64,000 nt of DNA from Octopus vulgaris (taxonomy: Eukaryota), in the NCBI GenBank assembly GCA_951406725.2, contig OX597825.1, forward strand, positions 54,994,001 through 55,058,000. The letters run 5' to 3'. Shown piece after piece: positions 53,781 through 64,000 of the stretch (position 1 is its first letter; every line of letters starts with the position of its first letter). The notes beneath the pieces are model-generated. The model was not told where the DNA came from, did no database searches, and worked only from the letters and a program-made list of their open reading frames with translations. The translations under genes and the position numbers were made by a program.

Positions 53781-54337
53781 TGATGATGACGTGTATGCAT
53801 ATATTATGTATGTGCACAGACATTTATGTGTATGTGAGAAAGAAAGAAAAAGAGTGTATATACATGCACATTTTGTGTGTGTGTCTATCTATCTATTTAT
53901 CTATCTATATTTCTATATATATATATTTGTGTGTGTGTGTGTGTTTATGTAGATAAAGATATATATGTATATATATGTATGTGTGTATATACATATATAT
54001 GTATACACATATCTACATTTATATATATATATATATATGTATATACATATATATATATATACACATATCTATATATACATGAATAAAAATTAAGTTAATG
54101 TATAAAAGAAAATAATAGAAAAATTGAAATATATAATGTAAATGAGGTAAGTTGAAAGGAAAATTGGTAAACCGTCTTGAAGAATATTTGGCTGGAATTA
54201 AAGAATTAGGTATTGGCATCTTTTCAATAGATATGTAGTTTATATTTGGCATGTTGGTAGAGGGTGGAGTTACCATGGGGGAGTAGATGATAGACATAAA
54301 GACAAAGCGACCATACATACATACATACATACATACA

Positions 54338-54398
<61 letters not shown>

Positions 54399-55170
54399 GT
54401 AAAAGTGTGTGTGTGTATACATACATACACGCACTTTTACAATACATACATTCATATAAATATAAGTGCAGACACACACATACCTTAGTCACGTGCTTGT
54501 GTGTTTGTGAGTGTATAAAGATATATCTGTAAATATAATTGTAGCTGCTGCTACTGTTGTTGTTGTCTCTTCCCTTCACACACATTGGCCCCTAATTTAG
54601 CCATTGCTATAATCAGTGACATTCCAGCTGTGATCATCCCATCTATTTTTTATGCCTTTTTTAAATCTTAACCCTTGCACATCTTAGCCTACCATATCCA
54701 AAATGTGCTTCCTTTATTAAAATGTTAACGTTGCATTTGGAAAAAATTTACTAGTTTTTTAGCAGATCAAGTGACTAGGGACAAGCACTGACATTGATTC
54801 TTAGGAAATAAATGTTTGGAGGACCCACTGATAACTGATTTCTATGCTCATAGTACTGGTTACAGTTCTACTGCTACCATCAGTACAGTCATCACATGGC
54901 TATATCAACAGAGTCTGTTCTACTGCAATCAGTCTCAAGTCTGAGAATAACTGCATATCTTAAAAACAAACAACACCATTCATACAGTTTCATTTACCTA
55001 CACCTTGTCTGATCCATGCAAGTATGGAAAATTGGTCGCTAAAACGATTGAGAATAATGATGCTGATGAAGAGGAGGAGGAAAAGAGATGGGGCAAGTGT
55101 AGGTTAAAGAACTGATGAAATAATCCAATTCAATTTATTTATATAAGCTTGTTTTTTTGTGTATATTTGA

Positions 55171-55220
<50 letters not shown>

Positions 55221-55624
55221 CACACCCACACGTACAAACTTACAAATATGTATTATGTATGCATCCATGTATTTATGAGTGCATGTGTGTATGTGTATAT
55301 GCGTTTGGCAGTAAATATTTATATAAATATGTGTAAGTAGTTCATTATAAGTGTGTATGAAAATGTGATTGAAGAAAAAAATGAACATAAGAAGAACAAA
55401 AGTAACTGAAGCAAAGTATATGAAAAACAGCATAAAACAATTCTACCATTTCCTGTGTGAGACCAATCAGTGAAACCTTTTCAAATCCACTTTCACAAAA
55501 CCCTTTACACTGTTGGTTTATGAGCACAAGAAGAAAATTTATAGCATCACTTTGACACCATATTCTTTAGATAATCTGGTATACATGTTACTTCTTACAA
55601 TATTAAATTTAGCGTATCAACAAA

Positions 55625-55834
55625 ATGGCTGAAGGAAAATGCATCAACAGTGTGTTCTGCATACTAAATACAGAAATGGAAAAGTCTGACGTATGGAATA
55701 TATTGAGGAAAAATTTCAATGAACCAAGATTATTGAAGAGATTAGTAAACAAAGCTACCAGTAGGTGTATTCAATGTCTAAAAATAACAAGTAATGGAGA
55801 TAACTCTGGTGAATTTAGATTGCAGTATATCTAG
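55625..55834 (+). mobile_element. possible old LINE RT fragment
   Basis: VWNILRK..PRLLKRLV..CLKITSNGDNSGEFRL resembles the segment between the KAFD and RQG motifs of LINE RTs. Confidence 0.35.
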
Positions 55835-56579
55835 TCATTAAAGATAGACATGTTTCTGTGCTATTTGACCACTTCAGTTAAACATATTCTATTTAGTTGT
55901 TCCTGATCAATATACACACACACACATATATACACACACACACACACACATATATACACACACATATATATATATAGTGTATGTGTCAGAGGAGTTTAAT
56001 ACCTCTAAGGGATAATCAAATCCAAAGTTGCTCCTGGTTATTACCTGGGTAGGTAACAACACTAAGAACTTCCTAAACTCTAGTAATAATATAAGTCTTA
56101 GCCATAATACAATTTTAACCACCCTACCTAGTCCAATATTCATATGATTAGCTCTCTTTTCACCGTAAGTTACAGCTACCCCCCTTCACTTACACCGCCG
56201 GTGACTAAAAACAAATTTAATACACACATGTGATAAAATGCACTTAGTCAAACTCGGAAACCCACACCTAAATAATATTCATCCTGCTCTAATTGCCCAG
56301 TGAAACTAACAAGTCTATTGCAATGAAACCTCTCCCCAGCAAAATTATCAAAATTACCAGAGCAAGAACAAAATTTAACATAAGACTTACTATCTTTACT
56401 TCTATTACCATCACATATGTATCAATTATTTTCACAACATAACCAATACACCTAACAAGTAAATCTAAACAATCGTAAATACTACCTTCATCTTAGCTTC
56501 CTTCTTCTTTGTTTCCTAATTAAATTAAAGGTGTACCAATGAAAACAACGAGTTTCCCCTTGCTATTACATCCATTATC

Positions 56580-56661
<82 letters not shown>

Positions 56662-56900
56662 GTGTATATGTATGTATGCAGTTATCTATATATGTGTGTC
56701 TTTGTGTTTGTCCTTCACTACTGCTAAAACCAGTGCTGGTTTGTTTCCATCACTGTAACTTAATTGTTTAGCAAAGAGAAACTGATAAAATAAGTACTGA
56801 GTTTGATTTGTTCAACTACACTCTTCAAGTTGATGCCCTGGCATGGCCACAGTCGAATGAATGGAAGAAGCAAAATATTTACACACACTTTCCTCTCAAT

Positions 56901-56937
56901 CATTTGTGTCGAAGAGCAAAGGCTCGAAACATCAAAG
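56901..56937 (+). ncRNA. hammerhead-like motif, related to the 5236 copy
   Basis: ttt-GTGTCGA-a-gagc-aaag-gctc-GAAAC-ATC-aaa, followed by the same ttcctgagc tail as 5290. Confidence 0.45.
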
Positions 56938-57050
56938 ACTTTCCCATTCTTCCTGAGCATTAAACTATTACACATGCTTGCTGTTTCTACACCTGTCTTC
57001 ATCTTTTCTTTTCTGTAAATTTGAACTCTCTCTCTCTCTTTATATATATA

Positions 57051-57320
57051 TATTGTTGTATTTAGGAATGGCCAGTTTAGCCAATAAAAACACACGCACT
57101 ATATATTTGGTGTTACTTTGCTTCAACGTTATTTATTTTTTACATTAATCTTAATCTTATTTCGGCCAGAGTTCTTTCATCACACTCCTGTGACCGCATC
57201 AGTGGTCCTTTGCTTTCTTCTTTCTTGTTTGTGTGTCTCTCCTTACTAACACCAAATATATAGTGCATGTGTTTTTACTGGCTAAACTGACAAAATGACC
57301 ATTCCTAAATACAACAATAT
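57051..57320. mobile_element. inverted-arm element enclosing a hammerhead-like motif
   Basis: 57051-57115 pairs with 57247-57320; minus strand interior CTGATGC-ggtca..gagt..actc-tggcc-GAAA (57155-57206). Confidence 0.65.
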
Positions 57321-59690
57321 CTGTTTCAACACACGATTTCACATCAAAAAGTTTGATATATATATATATATATTTGTGAAGGCACTTAGCTTAGTGGTTG
57401 AGGTGTTGTAATCACGATTATGAGATCTTGGGTTCGATTCCCAGACTGGGCATTGCATTGTGTCACATTGCTCTGCAATCATTTTGTCATCTGACATATG
57501 ACACACAGTGCACTTATACAGGTAATGTCGATTTGATGGAGGGAATGAGCTTAACTGATATCTTTGTATGTTTGAAGATGATTTGAATAAAACTTCCTTA
57601 CTTGAAAAAACTGATGAAAAATTTGATTGGAAAGGCATCTATCTTGAAAATAATGCCGCAATAATATGTACTCATTTAATCCATACTGACATGGAAAAGC
57701 AGACGTAAATATGAATGAAGCAACCAACTATTGTTGTTGTTTAGCTCTAGGCCAGCCCAAACCAAGCATGTTTATCCACAAGGGCATTCCAGACTTAACT
57801 GATGCACCCTTATAAGGGTCTGTTAAACTTAATATTACCTAATTTTCCTTTCTTTACTAGGTGATAAAGGAATTTTAGCTGTTGTTTCTTGTAGGTTTGG
57901 TGCACACATAATATCCCACTTTGATTCAAGCTGATATATATAACAGTAAAATACTAGGGAAGATTTAATCAACTTCACTTCTTCCCCACAGATTTGTAGC
58001 CATGTGATATGGTAATAAATTCCTAATTAGCGTTTTTTATTTATTAAAATATTTCCCTTGGTATCAATTTATGAAAATATGGCTGGTTTTTATAAATATG
58101 AAATTTCAAATTGAAAGAAACTTAAATTTTTTTTTTTTTTCAATTAAAATGAGATCTGAATTGTGTTGTCTGTTTAAAACTGATAAACTCAGGGATTTCT
58201 AAATTATTCGAGGGTTTTGAGTTTAGTTTTCTATTTATAGATGAAAACAGAAGAGTTAGCATCAAAGGGAGTGAATCTTGTTGAATAGTTAATATAGAGC
58301 ATTGAAATCAATGCCTGACAAGTATTTTCTTGAATTCCTTATGTGTTTTCAGACTCTCCTATTACAAGCTTCTATCTTAAAAAGGGTGGGGGGACACACA
58401 GAAGATAATGCAGTCCTAGATATGCATTGCCACCCAAGAGAAGGATAGGTGTATGTGTGCATGTGTGAGGGGGACATGACTAGAATACCTTTGATCATAG
58501 GTCTGTTCAGTCAGTGCTGATATGGGGCTAAGCAATATCAGCAGTGACAATGGCAACAACAGCAACAAATTAAAGACAAAAACAACACGAATAAGAAGAA
58601 CAGCAGTAACAAGAACAACAATGACTCCAGCAGCAATGATAACAACAACATGCCTTTCATTGATTCAGAGTTTTGCATGAACTGGGACAATTCAATTGAT
58701 CTGTGACCATGTATCAATGGAAGAAATCAATCAATACTGCATGAATATAACGATGTTATAATGATGACTATAATGAATATAATGATGATTCCATGAATGG
58801 AAATTAAAATTAGAAATAAATACCGAATGCAGGAGGATTAATGTCTTTGTAGAATTTTATTTAATCCATCCCTGACCGGAGGCCCAAATCTGCTGCTGTT
58901 GTCGCTGCTGCTGCTACAACCACTGTTGATTCATGTTACTATTTCAAAGTGGCTGATATAATAAGTACCAGTCATATAGTATGGTCAGTTCCAACAACTA
59001 TGGAATTGGTCATACTGTAAGTTAATGCTATCAATGACATTATGAAAGAAAAGACCTTGTGGTATTGCAGGTCATATTTTCTTTGCATGCTAGGTGTGGG
59101 TAGCCATGAAAAGCCCTCTGTAGGAACCTGCTCTTCCCCTCCCTTCTCATAGCAATTCTCTCATCCCCAATCCCCTAGCATGAAGCTGACCTTCCCCACC
59201 TGACTCAGAGCTCAATGGTGCAGGTAGCATAAAAAACACCCAGTCCATGCTGTAAAGTGGTTGGTGTTAGAAAGGACATTGTGTTGTAAAAAAAGAAAAA
59301 CATGTCCAAGCTGACATTGGCACTCAATTTAGTCCTTGGACACATCAGTTCCAGTCAAACCATCCAAACTATTCCAACAATGAAGGTTGATGTTAAATTA
59401 TGAGGATGAGTGCAATACTGTAAGTCATGCTCTCTCATGGAAATGGTTTTGAGGAACTAGCGTGGTGTATGGTAAGGTCCATGAGAAGGAGGTCAAGAAG
59501 AAGGAGAAGGATCCATGCATCATAAGATCCGCATCTGCATTCTGGGCCCCTTGCATACTCTCCCTACATTTCTACCACTATGGTACTATAAGATCATACC
59601 TGAACAATGGACATCCACACTACTGCATTATACATTTATATCATAACACTATAGGTACATATTCTACATCTGTACCACAATACTATAAAC

Positions 59691-60383
59691 TGGCACTTTG
59701 TTGGTTACGATGATGAGGATTCCAGTTGATCTGATCAACAGAAGAGCCTGCTTGTGAAATGAACGTGCAAGGGGCTGAGCACTCCACAGACACATGTAAC
59801 CCTTAAAGTAGTTCTCAGGAAGATTTGGTATGACACAGAATGTGACATGGCCGTCCCTTTGAATTACATACTCTTTACTCTTTTACTTGTTTCAGTCATT
59901 TGACTGTGGCCATGCTGCAGCACCACCTTTAGTCGAGCAAATCAACCCCGGCACTTATTCTTTGTAAACTTGTTCTATCAGTCTCTTTTGCCGAACTGCT
60001 AAGTGATGGGGACATAAACATTCCAGCATCAGTTGTCAAGCAATGCTAGGAGGATTAACACAAACACATATACATATATATACATATATACAACGGGCTT
60101 CTTCCAGTTTCTGTCTACCAAACCCACTCACAAAGCTTTTGGTCGTCCCAAGGCTGTAGTAGAAGACACTTGCCCAAGATGCCACGCAGTGGGACTGAAC
60201 CCGGAACCATGTGGTTGGTAGGCAAGCTATTTACCACACAGCTACATTTTTGCCAGTTGAGTAGATTGGAGCAATGTAAAATAAAGTGTCTTGCTCAGAA
60301 ACACAATACGCCACTAGGAATCAATCCCACCCCCTTATGATTGTGAGCTGAAAACCCTAACCACTAAGCCCATATATCTTCAC
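59691..60383 (-). mobile_element. SINE family B interrupted by a nested family A SINE
   Basis: Both halves are colinear with 37371-37700 once about 59870-60243 is removed. Confidence 0.85.
59878..60243 (-). mobile_element. SINE family A, young, nested
   Basis: tttacttgtttcagtcatttgactgtggccatgc tail; gccacgcagtgggactgaacccggaacc head region with CpGs retained. Confidence 0.9.
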
Positions 60384-60579
60384 CACAATTCTATACAGGT
60401 CCATATCTTAATACTACATTCAATATTCAAATATTAGCATTTTGTTATATATTTCTCAAACTACTATTTAGTAAATACATATTTTAAGAAATATTTTTAA
60501 TTTCTTTTTCATTAAAAATCTCTTTGAAACAAACAACAAATAATGTCACTGTGATAATTAGTTACCACTCAGTAACTCT

Positions 60580-61110
60580 CCCACCAAATCTGTCTTACAT
60601 CCAGTCATTTTCCACTCAGTTTCTCACTTAACCAAAATCTTTCACTCATCCACTCACCAAGTCTTTCACTTAGTCGAATCCCCCTCTCTCACTTATCCAG
60701 TTTCTCCCACCTTATCTCTCACTCACTCTGTCACTTGCCCCAACCAGTTTCCCTCCTACCTAGTCACTCTCTCATATAGCCATTCACCTACCCTGTACCT
60801 CACCCATTGACTTTTCCACATCCAATATCTTAGCCACCCAATCTCCCTAACACATTCTATCTCCCACCTAATCTCTCTCCTACTCCATTGCTCATCAGCC
60901 CAATCTCTCTCTAACTCTTCCTCTCTCCCACCCAGTCACTCCCCACTCAGCCACCCACCCAATCTCTTATTCACCCTACCCTTCCCCCACCTCATAATTC
61001 ACCACTCAGTCATTCACCCACTCAATCACTTACCCATCCAATCTCTCATCCACCCAATCTTTCAGCCACCCAGGCTCCAACACTAAATTCACACAGCTGC
61101 CAACCTCTCA
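60580..61110. repeat. G-depleted degenerate repeat (cacccaatctctc-like units)
   Basis: Recurrent caccca(a/g)tc(t/a)c with strong C/T skew. Confidence 0.7.
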
Positions 61111-62190
61111 CTAATGACGTTATTACTGCTGCTAACACAACTTATCGAACACATTAACAGAACTGTTTGTGAAACAAAACTATAATCGGTAAACTAGAGA
61201 CTGACTGCAATTGTCCGTTGCACAGGTGCATGAGTGCATCTGGTGTGTTTAGTGCATGTGCAGGGCTGATTAGAAATTCATTTTCGAAAATAAAATTAAA
61301 AATTACAAAACACTCAAAGCAGAAACTGCAGGAACGACAACAACAATAACTAAAGAAATTTAAGAGCAACAATAACTGATTCTACAGACCATAATCTACA
61401 GAACCATCATTGCTTTAGATTATACATTTTACAACAATCTGGCATATATGTATGCATGATGTGTTTATATCTAGGCTTCTCTCTCAATATATACATAGAT
61501 ATATTATATCATTTATATTATATATATTAAATATATGTCTACATATATACTAATGTATGTATATAAATTGAAATCATATAAAAAAGATATACTTATATTC
61601 TTGGATGTATGCATATTACATGTATATATTGTATACATGTATGTATATGAATAAAAAGCATACAGACATACCTATATACAAATATAAGTTAATTTTAGGG
61701 TTGTTATTTTCAAGGAATTTAAGGAATAACAACAATATTTACAGATAGGGAGACACAAAATTAGCAGTAGAGACAAATTTATTGCAGAATTAGATTGGGC
61801 ATATAAAAACTTATTTTGTATGAATTTATTTCATATCTATCTATGTATATATCTATCTATCTATCTATTTATCTATATATGAAAAAACAAGAACAAAAAC
61901 GCTACTTTCTTAAAATTGGGTACATTTTAATTTCCTTTCATATGAATGCATTTATATGTTTCAGTTTTTGAAAAACCTCATCAAAAATATGTACTAAAAT
62001 GGAATATGTAGAGAGAAAACAGCTATTAATAAAATTAAATTAAGATTAACATTCATAGTTTACTTTCCTTATTCCTGCAAGAGCACGTGGTAATATCTGT
62101 TAGTTTTTGGTGGCATGACAAGTTGAATTGACTGTGACCGCAAATCACTACCATCTGTTTTAGTAAATTAAATAGTTTGGTCAAGACTTG

Positions 62191-62312
62191 TTATCTTAGG
62201 AGTGGCCGTAGCAGTCGAATAACTAGCAGCAGTAATAATGTCATCATAGTGAAGTTGTTCCCCCTAGGGTTTTTAATGGAAATCGAGTTCTTCGACACCT
62301 TGTCTTTACTTC
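62191..62312 (-). CDS. candidate terminal exon (GPI-signal-like tail in phase 1, or TTSL* end in phase 0)
   Basis: ttattcatAG | phase 1 (G)SKDKVSKNSISIKNPRGNNFTMMTLLLLLVIRLLRPLLR*; phase 0 EVKTRCRRTRFPLKTLGGTTSL* (stop 62244-6); CpG-rich unique sequence; weak pyrimidine tract. Confidence 0.4.
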
Positions 62313-62679
62313 CTATGAATAACTTGCATATCCATATATATACATATATTCACATATATATACATATACACATACATAAATGTACATACACAAACATATA
62401 TATATATTTATATATATATATATATATATATCCATACACATACATACATACCTATATACATATATATATACACATGCATATATATATACTTATATACATA
62501 TATAACACACTCATACATATGTATTTACATACATATATATATATAAAAAAGTCTCAGTGCATATGTGTTTTTCTTTTCATTTTTCTTTTTCTGTAAAGGT
62601 AATGTTTGCTCTTGGGCTTGTAAATCATAAGGCTAGGTGAAAGTAAACAGCTCTTTTCTCCTTACATATTCCCTTTTAC

Positions 62680-62728
62680 TATATATTTTTGATAAGGTTT
62701 TTCAAAAACTGAAACATGTAAATGTATT
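62680..62728 (+). ncRNA. degenerate hammerhead-like motif
   Basis: tatt-TTTGATAA-ggtttt-tc-aaaaact-GAAAC-AT-GTA-aatg with palindromic ACATGT. Confidence 0.35.
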
Positions 62729-62837
62729 CATATAAAAGGGAAATTAAAATGCACCCAATTTTAAGAAAGTAGCATCTTCGTTCTTGTTTTTCATAAATAT
62801 TTACTTACTTGTACGTTACCTCTACACATTTTTCAAA

Positions 62838-62872
62838 CATATATATATATATCTATGTGTGTGTGTGTGTGT

Positions 62873-62922
<50 letters not shown>

Positions 62923-63252
62923 ATATGTGTGTATATATATATATATATATGTGTATATATATATATATACATATATATATATGTGTGTATATATATATAT
63001 ATACATATATATGTGTATATATATATATATATATACATATATATGTGTATATATATATATATATACATATATGTGTATATATATATATATACATATATGT
63101 GTATATATATATATACATATATATATATGTGTATATATATATATAATATATATATGTGTATATATATATATATACATATATATGTGTAAATATATATATA
63201 TATATATACATATATATGTGTAAATATATATATATATATACATATATATGTG

Positions 63253-63326
<74 letters not shown>

Positions 63327-63332
63327 TATGTG

Positions 63333-63399
<67 letters not shown>

Positions 63400-63414
63400 A
63401 TATATATATATATA
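62838..63414. repeat. compound (TA)n/(CA)/(TG) microsatellite, about 575 bp
   Basis: Direct inspection; higher-order unit catatatatgtgt(a)aatatata... Confidence 0.95.
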
Positions 63415-63416
63415 GT

Positions 63417-63762
63417 CGCAGATGTGGGTGTGTGATATGAAGCTTGCTTCCCAGTCATTTGGTTCTGGTTCAGTCTCAAAGCATGGCACCTTGAGCAATG
63501 CCATTTAGTCTAGCTTAGTTTTGGCCCAACCAAAGGCCCTTTAAGTGGACTCAGTAGATAGAAACTAAAAGAAGCCCATTTATTTTTGTGTGTGTGTGTG
63601 TGTGTGTATTTTTTTTCTCTGTTGGTTTGTCCACAACCCCATAACCTAGTGGTTTGGCAAAAGAGAGCAATACAAAATGTCTAAGAGCAATTTGCTTGAC
63701 AAAACTCACTCAAGGCAGCACACTAGCATGGCTGCAATCCAAGAATGAAACAAGTAAAAGAT
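63417..63762 (+). mobile_element. SINE family A
   Basis: gaagcttgcttccca, ggttcagtc, ggcaccttgagcaa, aaagaagccc, (TG)n, gaaacaagtaaaaga. Confidence 0.85.
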
Positions 63763-63822
63763 AAAATATAATATAATATGTATAATATAACATACACACA
63801 CATATATATATATGTGTGTATG

Positions 63823-63853
<31 letters not shown>

Positions 63854-64000
63854 GTTTGTGATCTTGCAATCCAATAATGTACAGAGGTCTCATTACTGAT
63901 TCTTGTTCATTAAGTCCGAAACTGGGCTGCAATGGCATATCACAGTGCACAAGAATGCCATTCTATGGACAGACCTAATCAATCTTTCAGACAAAATATG

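Noticed and set aside
56194-56204. 11-nt minus-strand microexon (tttttAG|tcaccggcggt|GTAAGT)
   Set aside because: Not frame-preserving, T at the donor -1 position, and it lies in probable repeat-derived sequence.
58820-58930. Minus-strand exon with CAG-type repeats
   Set aside because: Poor acceptor and stops in all three phases before the only nearby donor.
62566-62606. Plus-strand pyrimidine tract then AAG|GTAATG as a recursive splice site
   Set aside because: AAG acceptor is weak, and the T-rich tract resembles repeat tails at about 1100 and 57000.
62784-63504. Long Tyr/Ile/His/Val/Cys-rich ORFs (also at 4.1-4.6, 5.7, 11.5, 12.1, 33.7, 54.0 kb)
   Set aside because: Translations of (TA)n/(CA)n/(TG)n microsatellites, open in several frames on both strands.

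Overview
AT-rich, microsatellite-saturated animal genomic DNA. The repeat content (tRNA-headed CORE-like and Nin-like SINEs, RTE/CR1/Dong LINE relics, (TA)n/(CA)n/(AAT)n tracts) looks like a cephalopod, probably Octopus; this is an inference from recognition, not a search. No complete gene is present, and nearly all ORFs in the supplied track are microsatellite artefacts or LINE relics. The window looks like large introns of a minus-strand gene, with a few short exon candidates at about 62.3, 61.3, 52.4, 40.5 and 33.5 kb. The most striking unexplained signal is about ten degenerate minimal type-I hammerhead-ribozyme motifs (CTGANGA-stem II-GAAAC-short stem III). They sit in short non-coding elements built as inverted duplications, a fold-back or a 300-bp tandem, and one of them carries a Pol III tRNA-like head. 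These look like non-autonomous Penelope-like/retrozyme-like families. Repeat boundaries are approximate (about +/-10-30 bp), read by eye.
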